Assembly: GCA_001661245.1 (NCBI GenBank)
Contig: KV454012.1
Coordinates: 1,012,848 to 1,076,847 of the forward strand
Length of the DNA stretch: 64,000 bases
Source of the DNA: Pachysolen tannophilus NRRL Y-2460
Lineage: Eukaryota
Direction: 5' to 3'
Below, in pieces: positions 13,339 to 23,793 of this stretch. The notes under the pieces are model-generated. The model was not told the origin of the DNA. It searched no databases and worked only from the letters and a program-made list of their open reading frames with translations. Made by a program: the position numbers and the translations under genes. How positions within the stretch are numbered: the stretch's first letter is position 1; each line of letters starts with the position of its first letter.

Positions 13339-13346
13339 TGAGTCAT
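13339..13346 (-). promoter_or_regulatory. Gcn4-type site upstream of KRS1
   Basis: ATGACTCA on the minus strand about 50 nt upstream of the KRS1 ATG. S. cerevisiae KRS1 is under general amino-acid control. Confidence 0.5.
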
Positions 13347-13612
13347 CGCTTTTTCTATTTTTCTATTTTTCTCTTTTTCTCTTTTTTTTTTTTTTGTCGT
13401 TCAACTTCTTTCTTCTTCAGTTTGGGGACGGTGAAAAAAAAAAAAAAAAAAAATTTTTTTTTTATAAAAAAATTATCTTCTCCAATTTTGAAAACTTTTA
13501 CTACCTAATCTTCTCCGTTAAGGAAACGAGTTACAAAAAAAAAAAAAAAAATTTTTAAAACTATTACATTATTTTTAGCGACACCGGAAAAATTTTAGGG
13601 TGACATCTGTTG

Positions 13613-13649
<37 letters not shown>

Positions 13650-13880
13650 ACAGGGGCTGCAGCCGGATTTAAAAAATAAAATTTTAAAAAAGAACAAACG
13701 GTCGTGCAGTTACAATTAGTAACGTACACGACAAACAAACAAAAAACGAAAAAATTACATAGACAGCAAAATGGGAAAAATTTTTCAAAAAAATCATATA
13801 TGGAGGACGGGTAGGATATCAATAGTCATTTCAAATATAATATCACGAAGAAGAAGAAGAAGATAATAGTAATAACAATA

Positions 13881-15043
13881 ATGTCAAAAGTGTAAGTATA
13901 TAAGATTGTAAGATAGTTTGGATTGATTGATTTTAAGACTGGTTTACTAATAAATATTTTATAAATTATGATTTCATAATTTTTGATTTTTTTTTTTTTC
14001 TCTTATTTAGAAATATTGAATTAGAAGCAAGTGTTGCATTAAAAATTGTGAAAAATTCTTCTGATCATTACCCACATTCAGTTAGTGGTCCATTATTTGG
14101 TATTGATTTAGAAGAAGATTCCAATACCAAGAAGGTAGTGATCTCTCATGTTTTTTCATTTCCAAATAATAATAGTAATAGTAATGATCACCATCATCAA
14201 GAAGGTTATTCATTTAAATTAAAATCTAATTTAAGATTTCAAAATGAAGTATTGGATCTGTTTAAAGAAACTGGATTAGGTGTTAAGTTTGTTGGTTTGT
14301 ATTTGTCAAGTATTGGAGGTAGATATTTAACTCAACAAGTTGTTGATTCAATGATGCAACAACAAGCTTTAAAAAATGAAAATGATGATAATTCTAAAGT
14401 TTTATTATTGGTTCATGATCCTTCAAAGACTAAAAATGGTGTATTATCATTAAGAATTTTTAAATTGAGTGAAGTTTTTGTGAAAACTTGTCGTAATGGT
14501 AAAAAATTTCAAACAACAAATTTGATTGAAAATGGATTAACTTTTAAAAATGTTTTAGAAGAATTACCATTAACAATTCATAATTCACATTTAGTTAATT
14601 TAAAAATATTATCATCAAGTGATGAATCAAAAGGAGAAGAAAATTTTGAATCTTTAAAATTATCAAGTACTATACCAACTGTAGAAACAACAATAGAAAG
14701 TTTATTTGATTCTATTGATGATTTCAATTATGATCAAAATAATTTCAATTATTATCAACGTTCTTTATCTAGAGAATTAGCCAAGATTAATCAATGGAAA
14801 CAAAAGAGAAAGTTGGAAAATTTAAATAAATTAAAGCAAAACCCAAATACACCAGAATCAGAATTATTATCATTGGATGAATCAGAATGGTCAAAACATT
14901 TCAAATTACCTTCTGAACCTTCAAGGTATGAGAATTTGATCATTAGTGGGCTATTAAACAATTTCTGTAATGAATTAGAAGTCAGCAGTGCTAACGAGTT
15001 GATAAAGAGTTTTAGTGTTGCTAAAGGATTAGATATCAATTAA
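13881..15043 (+). CDS. eIF3 subunit h (MPN domain), 2 exons
   Basis: Exon 1 (13881-13891), intron 13892-14010 (GTAAGT...TACTAAT...TAG). Spliced protein MSKVNIELEASVALKIVK...GPLFGID...VHDPSKT..G.LSLR...ELPLTIHNSHLV...YYQRSLSRE...FKLPSEPSR. Confidence 0.88.
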
Positions 15044-15143
15044 TAATAATAATAATCTAAATTTATTATATATATATATATATATATAGCTACAAATTTT
15101 TTTAAATAAAAAAAAAAAAAAAACACATTTGAATAAAAGCTAT

Positions 15144-16085
15144 TTATTTTTTTCTTACTGCCAATTGCATATTTCCTCTTCTTTTCATTTCTAAAGCAGT
15201 TTTGTAAGGAGGAGCAGTAGGCATTTGTACTGGATCCAAACTTAATCTTTCTAAATTTTTATCTAATGTATAAGTTGCATCTGAATCATAACTTGATAAA
15301 TCACCACAAGCAATAAATGGAGCAATTATTCTTTCTTCCAAGGGAAATGATAAATCATTTTTATTTAATTGTGCTCGCCCTATTCCACTATTTTGGAAAA
15401 ATTCTTCTGTTGATTTATCTAATTCTAAAGTTGGTTTCCAACCAAGTCTTGGTTTATATCCAATACAAACTATAAAACTTTCTAAAGAAGTTCCTCTAGA
15501 AGATCTAGGTTTTGCACATACAACTTTTTCAAATAAAAACCCCAACTGACTATACATCAAATCTATATCTCTTCCTCTAAAAATTTTAGCAACAAATGTA
15601 CCACCTTCTTTTAATATACAACATGTTAATTGTAAAGCACTTAAAATTAATTGTGCTTGTATATACTCATCAAGATCATGTAACCCTGTCACATCAGGTG
15701 CACCATCCGAACATACAAAATCTGCTTTTTCACCTCCAAATACTGACAATATCTTATTCATAGTACGTGGATGAGTAATATCAGCTTGTATAGTTGTAAC
15801 ACCTTCAATAGGAGACATTGGTTGTAAATCTACAGCAACAAGTTTTGGTTCAATATAACTTTCCAACTTAGTATCTTCCAACTTTGCCTTTTGATATATT
15901 TCCCTCGATAATACCTGGGACCATGAACCTGGAGCAGCACATAAATCAACAACTCTTCTAACACCTTTAAACAATTGAAATTGCTCATTTAATTGTAATA
16001 ACTTAAACGCTGACCTTGCTCTCCATCCTTCCTCTTTGGCCTTCCTGTAATACAAGTCTCTCTTATCTTTACTACTCTTACCCAT
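15144..16085 (-). CDS. TRM7: tRNA 2'-O-methyltransferase (FtsJ family)
   Basis: True start [29 protein letters not shown] at 16085. [11 protein letters not shown] and [11 protein letters not shown] motifs. Confidence 0.96.
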   Translation of the reverse strand: MGKSSKDKRDLYYRKAKEEGWRARSAFKLLQLNEQFQLFKGVRRVVDLCAAPGSWSQVLSREIYQKAKLEDTKLESYIEPKLVAVDLQPMSPIEGVTTIQADITHPRTMNKILSVFGGEKADFVCSDGAPDVTGLHDLDEYIQAQLILSALQLTCCILKEGGTFVAKIFRGRDIDLMYSQLGFLFEKVVCAKPRSSRGTSLESFIVCIGYKPRLGWKPTLELDKSTEEFFQNSGIGRAQLNKNDLSFPLEERIIAPFIACGDLSSYDSDATYTLDKNLERLSLDPVQMPTAPPYKTALEMKRRGNMQLAVRKK

Positions 16086-16675
16086 ATCCAAACCTTCAAA
16101 ACCTTCTATTAACACAAACACAAACACAAACACACACACTCTCTTTCTCTTTATCTCCACAAAACAAAACTTGTACTCTAACAATCAATCAATCACTATA
16201 GTACTACTATACCTTTAATATATACTTTTTAAAAAATTTTTTAGCTCTAAGATTATAGGTCGTTCATTTTTCACCCAAAAATTCCGAATTCGGAAATAAA
16301 AAAATAAAAAAAATAAAAAAATAAAATAAAAAACGGTGTCTGTCTGCCATTTTGTTTTCCTAATCACTATTTACGTGTCATTACCAACAGTAGTGTACTG
16401 AAAACACAAAATCCCCCTTTTTTTTTAATCTGTCATTTCAATTTCCATTTTCGATCCTCAAATTTTCTTTACGTGTCAAAAACAAAAGGTAGTGTTTGTT
16501 AACACAATATCTGCCAATTTTTTTGGTTTTTACCGGAATCTATTACGTGTCAATTGTTTTCTCTGTTTTTTTTTTTTTTTTTTTTTTTTTTCACATTTTT
16601 TTTCACTGGGTCAACAAAAGCGTGCGAAAGCTCTCTTTGCGGTGGAAAACTAAGTTATATTAATTATATTAATTA

Positions 16676-16711
<36 letters not shown>

Positions 16712-16751
16712 ATAAAGTGGTTAGTGGTGAAGTGAATTTTCATTTGGAGAT

Positions 16752-17774
16752 ATGTTGGGACGCTCAGTGATGTTTCAAGTGCGTGGTTTGCCGGTGATGT
16801 CGATGAATTCGACTAGATCGAAGAGGATTAGTTTAAATTTAAATTCTTGTTGGTTTTCATCTAGTTCATTGTGTTTAAATAATACCAATATTGAAAAAGA
16901 GAAAAAACATAAAAATGATTTGGCCAATAATCTTACAGCGAGACTTTTAAAGAATGATGGTTATAATCCGATGCAATTATCTGATGAAAAAATAGTTTCT
17001 GATATTAATAAACCTCTTACAATAAATGTAGAACTGAATTATTATGCTCCATTAAAAAATGAAGTTAAATATGGAGATTTAAAATGTGAAGTTACTATGA
17101 GAGCTTTTGATAGTAGAAATTTGGAATTTTTTAGTGATTTTGCTTTAAGAGCTGGTTATTATCTTGGTTTAGCAATAACAGGTCCAAAACCATTACCTGT
17201 TAGAAGAGAAAGATGGACAGTTATAAGATCACCTTTTGTACATGCAAAATCAAAGGAAAATTTCGAAAGAAGAACACATGCTAGGCTTTTAAGAGTTTGG
17301 GATTCAAATCCTGAAACTATTGATTTATGGTTACAATATTTGAATAAACATTCAGTAAGAGGAGTTGGTTTAAAACTGCATATGTATGTTCAAGAAGAAA
17401 TTGATTATTCTAAAAAAATGGATTCATTCGATGCAATTCAAGATGAAAATATAAATTCTCCAAATATAAGTCATTTCTCAAATACTTCAAATCCAATGGT
17501 AGCTGATAGAGTCAAAGAATTGTTAAATGAACCACATTTTAAAAGACATTTTAATAAAGACCCAGTTGAAAATGGAAATGAAAATACACAAAAAACAATG
17601 GAAGAAAAAATTGAACCGGTAGTTGAAGATAAAAAAGTTGAAACTAAACAAGAAGCAAAATCAGTACTGGAACCCCTGGAAAAGGTGAAGGATAACCAAG
17701 AGCATCAAGATGCTAAAGATGCCAAAGATGCTAAACATTCTAAAGATGCTAAAGACCCTACAAATGATAACTAA
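16752..17774 (+). CDS. RSM10: Mitochondrial ribosomal protein uS10m
   Basis: [31 protein letters not shown]10 motif and an Arg/Ser-rich presequence. Confidence 0.95.
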   Translation: MLGRSVMFQVRGLPVMSMNSTRSKRISLNLNSCWFSSSSLCLNNTNIEKEKKHKNDLANNLTARLLKNDGYNPMQLSDEKIVSDINKPLTINVELNYYAPLKNEVKYGDLKCEVTMRAFDSRNLEFFSDFALRAGYYLGLAITGPKPLPVRRERWTVIRSPFVHAKSKENFERRTHARLLRVWDSNPETIDLWLQYLNKHSVRGVGLKLHMYVQEEIDYSKKMDSFDAIQDENINSPNISHFSNTSNPMVADRVKELLNEPHFKRHFNKDPVENGNENTQKTMEEKIEPVVEDKKVETKQEAKSVLEPLEKVKDNQEHQDAKDAKDAKHSKDAKDPTNDN

Positions 17775-17857
17775 AGAATAGACGTTAACTTGTAAATATA
17801 CATTCATTTATCTATGTCCTATTTCCTTCTTTTTTTTTTTTTTTTTTGTAGCGTTTC

Positions 17858-18654
17858 TCATCCGTACATTTCCCAATCTTCTTCTTCTTCTTCTTGTTCT
17901 TGTTCGCTATCATCAGAAATTTCAATTTTTTTCTTTTCTGTAACATCGACCCTACATAATGGACAAGTCTTATTTAATTTTAACCATGGCCCAATACAAT
18001 CCAAATCAAAAATATGCATATCATTACAAGGTAATCTAACAATTAAAGGATAAGGATCAGAATGATAATCATTTGTACAAATTGGACAAGTTTCTGTCTT
18101 TTTAATTTTCTTAATTGGAACTCTTTCTAAAGTATCTAAAAATGATTCTCCTACACCTCTTTCTACAGATTTTGCAAATTGTGTATCAAGATCATCATCA
18201 TCAATTGATGATAACAATTGTGTAATCAATGATGCAGCCAATGGATTGCGTTGTAAAGATGCCGCTAAAGCATTGTCCTCATCATTCGCAAAATTCTCCA
18301 GTTGCAGAGATGTCAGGGAAATTATATTGGGCAGATCTGTATTTTCTTCCTGTTGTTGTCTTAAAGCAGCAAGTAATGCTTGAAATTGATGATGATGTTC
18401 TGAACCACCACTCCTATCATTGTTTCGATTCCCATTATTTAAAAAAGTCTCCACAGTCTCAGCTAGAGTAGGGAAATGACGACGAGTGTCACCACTGTTA
18501 CCATCTCTCGTTGTATTTGAATTATTTGACGTTAAATTATGATCAGCTAATATATGGATGGCAAAATATGTTAGTTAATATGAATTAAAAAGATATTTCA
18601 TAAATCAAATTTTTTTTTCATTTTTTTTTTCCACTTACCATGATATGTCGACAT
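17858..18654 (-). CDS. RING-H2 protein, YBR062C-like, 2 exons
   Basis: Exon 1 (18654-18639) encodes MSTYH. Intron 18638-18547 (GTAAGT...AACTAAC...TAG). CPIC...LPC..H.FDLDCIGPWL....TCPLCR. Confidence 0.88.
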
Positions 18655-19024
18655 TCTTCATTACAAGAAACTTAATCTAAAAAGACAATTTCAAGATTAC
18701 TTTTCGTTTTAATAACTTTTAACATTCAACTACTAATCCTACAGTTTCTTTAAATCAATTGTATGTGAGTGCTCTGCTTTCTATATCTTAGCTAGTTTAA
18801 TCAGATTTAGCACGACTTTTAAATTGATATAGATTTAGTTGATGATGAAGATATATTATAATTAATCAGTAATCAATGCAAGTAGATATAGATTCAGCAA
18901 GGTTATTCTTTATGTTGCCTGTAATCGTTGGTATCGAAATACCCCTTTGTTAAACAAACGAGCAAACGAAATAAAAAGAATAAAGAAAAAGAAAAAGAAA
19001 CAAAAAACCTAGAAGAACAATATT

Positions 19025-19771
19025 TTAAACCAAGATTCCGTAATATTCAGCTCTACCAACATTCAAATATTCCCATTGCACAATAAACCTATCTGAAATT
19101 GGCTTTAAAAGTTTCCCACTAAGACTTAGTTTCTTGACTCTAGCCAAGCTTTCAATATACACTATTTTTGAATTACTCAACCCAAAAATTTTAAACAAAA
19201 AAAGTATGTAACCTAATGGTACTGATGTTCCTGGTCCATTCAATAAGAGTATATCTGGTAATTTATTTTGCAATTTCTTGTTTAACAATATCTTGAATGT
19301 GGCTATTATGGATTGTAAAGTGTGTAAAATTGAAAGAAATAATGATTCACCAACATTTCTAGCCCTAGGTACAATTGTATATTCTGAATTATTTGAAGCA
19401 GTATCATTATTTTTAGTAATAATATCTTGAAATTCTTGAATCTTTAAAATTGAAGTCTTATCACCTGAAGATATAACATAATCTTTTTTAAATTCATTCA
19501 AGATGGAATTATCAAATTGAGATAAGATTCTAATCATTTCACCTGTATGTCCACCAGATCCAAGTAAAATCATTAGTTTTTTATTAGTTGGATCTTTTAA
19601 CAAAGCAGTAGCAGAAGGTGAAGAGCGCTTAGTCATATCACCATTACCATTTCCATCGCCATTCTCATTCGAATCATGGAATTTGGTTGCTGGTAAGACG
19701 TGAATTATCCTTAATATTATTATAGTGCATATAAATAGTAGCGCCGATGCAGAGATTGCACACAATGACAT
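19025..19771 (-). CDS. ALG14: UDP-GlcNAc transferase subunit
   Basis: LGSGGHTGEM, PRARNVGES, NGPGT and YIESLARV..LSLSG motifs. Confidence 0.95.
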   Translation of the reverse strand: MSLCAISASALLFICTIIILRIIHVLPATKFHDSNENGDGNGNGDMTKRSSPSATALLKDPTNKKLMILLGSGGHTGEMIRILSQFDNSILNEFKKDYVISSGDKTSILKIQEFQDIITKNNDTASNNSEYTIVPRARNVGESLFLSILHTLQSIIATFKILLNKKLQNKLPDILLLNGPGTSVPLGYILFLFKIFGLSNSKIVYIESLARVKKLSLSGKLLKPISDRFIVQWEYLNVGRAEYYGILV

Positions 19772-20193
19772 CCTCTTGTCTTTTTTCTCTTTTGTTATAA
19801 CAAGATGTTGCTCTTATAGATTACCAAAGAAATGACCATAGAGAATTAAACCTCAAATAAAACAGATATAACTTCCGCTGTCAGTATTTTTAAAAATTGA
19901 AAATATTTATGTTAAACTTTTAATGATTAATTGATAATTAAAAGATTACTTAAAAAGAAATTACGTGCTTTGTTTCGAATTTTCAATTTAAAGTATCATT
20001 TTTGAATTTTGAAAAGTTTTTAAGAGAAGTTATATTGAATTGAAATTTTTAACTACAGATATTCAATGCTATTAGTATCAACATTATACTGATACTGTTA
20101 AGATATAATAAGATTTAAAAGATATATACATTGAAGAAGAAGAAAGATCAAAAAAAAAAAGTCATCACATTATTTCTAAATAATTTTTTTTAA

Positions 20194-21162
20194 TTAATTT
20201 TTCTTTAATTTATCCTTTTCTGCTAAAACAATCATTTGTTTCTTAACAACAGCACTCAACTTGTTATGTTCCAAATTAGTATTTCCTAAACTTCTGTATT
20301 TACCCCAACTAATTCTGATTGGTACTTTATCTATCACCAATAAACAGGGCCTATTATAAGATTCCAACTTATTTTTAGTTAAGATTGAAGTATATATTTT
20401 ATTAGCAGTTGCAATAGCGTTTGACCTTGATTGAAAGATTATAAATCCACATTTTGCTTTATGATTTATAACCATTGATTGTATTCTTGAATCATATTCA
20501 ATTTCGAAAAAATTTTTAATTCCAAATTCTGGTAAATCATCATTTATTCCAAATATGAAAAAAGATTTAATTGATTCATCTTTGGGTAATTTAGATAAAG
20601 TTCCATTAAAGGGTAATTTTGATATAAGTTTTGAAACATCTGTTTTTGAAAGAATATTATTATCTCTATTATCTTTAAAATTTTTCTTATTCTTGGACAG
20701 TGTAGTAGATATTTTTTGTAACAATATCCTTGCCTTTTCTCTTTTTGCATCATCATCTTCATCTTCTTCTTCTCGTTGTTGTTCAGTTTCATACATCCTA
20801 TCACGTTGATCTGCCATATATGCTTTTGTCAAAGAATTAACACCTTGTTTTGTTGAAATTGAATCTTCAATTGTTTTCACCCCAGCTAATTTTAAAACCG
20901 AATCTCTTAACTCCAAATTAATCCCATAAGTTAAATCTAACATACAAGATTGACAACAATTTTTAGCCTTTGCACAACTTAAACAAATTATTGTCTTTTT
21001 AAATTTACCATTTTTAACTGGAGCCCATCTATAAATTGTAAAAGGTCTTGTACATAATTTACACTCTTCTCCATTTATTTCCCTAACCATTTCAACATAA
21101 GGATTCGGCCCAAGACATGTTTCACAAACCGCCGGCACTTCCTGACTTTCACTAGAACTCAT
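20194..21162 (-). CDS. ECM2: Pre-mRNA splicing factor Slt11/Ecm2 (RBM22-like)
   Basis: PAVCETCLGPNPYVEM...CKLCTRPFT...C..C...KNCCQSCMLDL zinc fingers plus a degenerate RRM. Confidence 0.92.
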   Translation of the reverse strand: MSSSESQEVPAVCETCLGPNPYVEMVREINGEECKLCTRPFTIYRWAPVKNGKFKKTIICLSCAKAKNCCQSCMLDLTYGINLELRDSVLKLAGVKTIEDSISTKQGVNSLTKAYMADQRDRMYETEQQREEEDEDDDAKREKARILLQKISTTLSKNKKNFKDNRDNNILSKTDVSKLISKLPFNGTLSKLPKDESIKSFFIFGINDDLPEFGIKNFFEIEYDSRIQSMVINHKAKCGFIIFQSRSNAIATANKIYTSILTKNKLESYNRPCLLVIDKVPIRISWGKYRSLGNTNLEHNKLSAVVKKQMIVLAEKDKLKKN

Positions 21163-21488
21163 TTGAATGAAAATATTTCCTATTAATTAAAATATCAAAT
21201 ATTTATTTAATAAATGATTAAATTTTATATGGCAAATTTCTGCTTACATATTAAAAGCATATAAACCAAGTTGAGCCAGTCTAATTTTCTATGTAAATTT
21301 TTTACACTACTGATTTCAAAGTTAATCAAGTTGATCAAGTTTATATAATTAGATTCTACAGTTTTGAAAGTTTAAATTGGAAATGGGAAAATTGAAATTA
21401 ATGCTATATAAGTAAGTAAACTTTGAAGTTTCCCTAGAATAAGAAAAAAAAAAGAGACTCAAAAAATGTAATTTATGTACTTCAATTT

Positions 21489-21746
21489 CTGTTTTCTTTA
21501 GTTAGTAAAAATCTATAAATTGATTTCTATCATGTTGATCCATCCACACCTTCCAAGAGAAAATCTTCTAAATATTTTTTGATTTATCAGGGTTAAAAAG
21601 CTCTATAAATGTTTTGTTCCACATAAAAGTTCAGTTGAAGAAATTCAATAGTTGTATTTAATTCATCACTAAAAAAAAATATTCAAATAATTTCTCTTGA
21701 ATTATAATCGGTGGAAACCACAAAAGAAGAAGAAAAAAAAACATAC
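21489..21746 (-). other. Spliceosomal intron hosting a snoRNA (non-coding host transcript or ECM2 leader)
   Basis: GTATGT at 21746, TACTAAC at 21507-21501, CAG ending at 21489. The flanking exons have only short ORFs. Confidence 0.8.
21587..21669 (-). ncRNA. SNR47: Box C/D snoRNA, snR47/U36 family (dual guide)
   Basis: C box GTGATGA (21669-21663). Guide TTGAATTTCTTCA precedes D' CTGA (21634-21631) and is complementary to LSU rRNA UGAAGAAAUUCAA. Guide GAGCTTTTTAAC precedes D CTGA (21590-21587) and is complementary to SSU rRNA GUUAAAAAGCUC. It lies beside NRG1, as S. cerevisiae SNR47 does. Confidence 0.9.
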
Positions 21747-22631
21747 CCAATTCAATTTCAATTTCAATTTCAAATTCTCTTAATTGATTGATTGAGGAAA
21801 CCCCATCAACTCAATCATTTCATTCTTAAAAAAAATTCAAATGAAAACTATATTAACGAAATAAAACAAATAAAATAAATAAAAGAAAATTTTACTATTA
21901 TTTATACACAGCAAAAAAAGAGTGAAAAAAGAAAAAAAAATTTTTTTTGTATGGAAAATTACCCTATCGATTGAGATATGGTATTAAAGTGGTAGAAGAT
22001 TTCTATATTAATTTCTAGGTATTCAAAGAATCAATTAAAATACAAATTGTACACGGAAACCAAAAAAAAAAAAAAAAAAAAAAAAAAGCGATAAACTAAT
22101 TGATATTAGGTATTAGATCATACCTACTGGTAATAGTACCAACTTTTGTGAAACTAACTTTGTCTTATTGACTAAATACTATTTCATTTAAATTAAATAA
22201 AATTATTATTATTTATAGTCGTGTGCCGAAGTCCCAATTTTATCAATTTTTAATTTGATTTTCTTCTTCTTCTTCTTCTTTATGTCCACAAACGGCAATC
22301 GGAAAAGAATTCGGAAAACGTTGCCAAGTTTTTCTGCCTATTCATAGAAGGAATCACGCAGACCCTTAATACAGAAATCGAGTTCTTTTTTCTTAATTTT
22401 CTTAATTTTTTTAATTTTTTTTTTGCAGCTTTATAATAAACCTTTCGAATCCGGATTTATCTGAAAAACCCTAGATCTGATACCATAAAATCAGCCATTT
22501 GCTTGGTATAAGAAAGCATGATGGTTAAGTGATTTTTTACAAAAAATGAATAAATTGCAACATTCTTTTTAGTACACAGCCTAAACCTAAATAATAATAA
22601 TAAAAAAAAAGTAGAAAGAAGTTATAGAAAA

Positions 22632-22668
<37 letters not shown>

Positions 22669-22710
22669 CCAAAAAAATTCCATATGATGAAAAGATAATT
22701 ATAATTATAA

Positions 22711-23793
22711 TTATACTTTTGAGCGAATAGACCTATTTTTTTTCCTTTCATTTTTCGTTAAATGAGTCCTGTAATGTTGCATGCAATTGTCATGTCTTGA
22801 AAACCTCGCGCCACATCCATTTTGAGGACAAACATGGTTCCTTTCACCTGTATGAATTCTGATATGTCTTGCTAAATGACCTGATGTAGTGAAAACTTTA
22901 GAACAAGTTTGACACTGATACTTACGAATCATCCCTGTTTGCTCTCTCTTTGGTGAAAACCTCTTTGTAGAACTTGGTGCTTGAACTTGTGCTTGTGCTG
23001 GTGCTTGTACCTGGGCTTGTGCTTGTGGTGCTGGTGCTGGTACAGATACTGCGACTGGAACTGGGACTGGTACTGGCATTGGTGCCAGTACCAGTAGTGA
23101 AGAGGGCAGACTGAATGATATACGTGGACTTATAGTGGTCGTTTTAATGATAGTGGGGCCAGTTGTTCCAGCAGTTGGCATTAAATGCAGAGGACCACGA
23201 TCAGGGATAGAGGCAGCAACTGGTGAAGAAACAAAATTTGAGTTGGAATGAGAATTGGAATTGGAGTGAGAATGAGAATGGGAGTTGGAACGTGTAGTTT
23301 CACGAGGGGTGGAGTAAATGAAAGATGGTTGTGATGAAGATCTCGAAAGTGGGATACTCTGATTTTCTAATGGTTGATGATGATACATAACTGGTTGATT
23401 TCTTACAAACGATCCGTATGTTGGACTTATTCCTTCCACGGGTTCCAAAATGACTGTTGGAATTAATGCTGGTAATTTATTTGTATCATTTGAATTAAAA
23501 GTATTTGATACCACTGGTTGATGACATCTTTGGACTTGTCCCGGCTCCTTGAAGTGTACTTCTTCGAGAAGAGATCTCAAAGGTGGTAACGACTGATGAT
23601 GATGCTCGTGTTGTTGCTGGTGCTGCTGCTGGTATGGGTACTGCTGCTGTTGGTGGTGTTGTTGTTGTTGTTGGTACTGCTGCTGGTATTGTTGCTGTGG
23701 GAAACGTTGTGGTGCACAATAATGTTCGTTATTGAGGTATTTATTATCAATATGGCTGAAATGGCCATAACCCGGACTTATATTCGTAGCCAT
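22711..23793 (-). CDS. NRG1: C2H2 zinc-finger repressor, Nrg1/Nrg2
   Basis: RKYQCQTCSKVFTTSGHLARHIRIHTGERNHVCP..GC..RFSRHDNCMQHYRTH, plus a Gln-rich N-terminus with LPPLRSL. Confidence 0.9.
   Translation of the reverse strand: MATNISPGYGHFSHIDNKYLNNEHYCAPQRFPQQQYQQQYQQQQQHHQQQQYPYQQQHQQQHEHHHQSLPPLRSLLEEVHFKEPGQVQRCHQPVVSNTFNSNDTNKLPALIPTVILEPVEGISPTYGSFVRNQPVMYHHQPLENQSIPLSRSSSQPSFIYSTPRETTRSNSHSHSHSNSNSHSNSNFVSSPVAASIPDRGPLHLMPTAGTTGPTIIKTTTISPRISFSLPSSLLVLAPMPVPVPVPVAVSVPAPAPQAQAQVQAPAQAQVQAPSSTKRFSPKREQTGMIRKYQCQTCSKVFTTSGHLARHIRIHTGERNHVCPQNGCGARFSRHDNCMQHYRTHLTKNERKKNRSIRSKV

Noticed and set aside
16343..16552. CRISPR-like interpretation of the spaced repeats
   Set aside because: Eukaryotic context, only 10-nt identical cores, irregular spacing and no cas genes.
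22441..22460. TTCGAATCC resembling a tRNA T-loop
   Set aside because: No cloverleaf, A box or acceptor stem around it.
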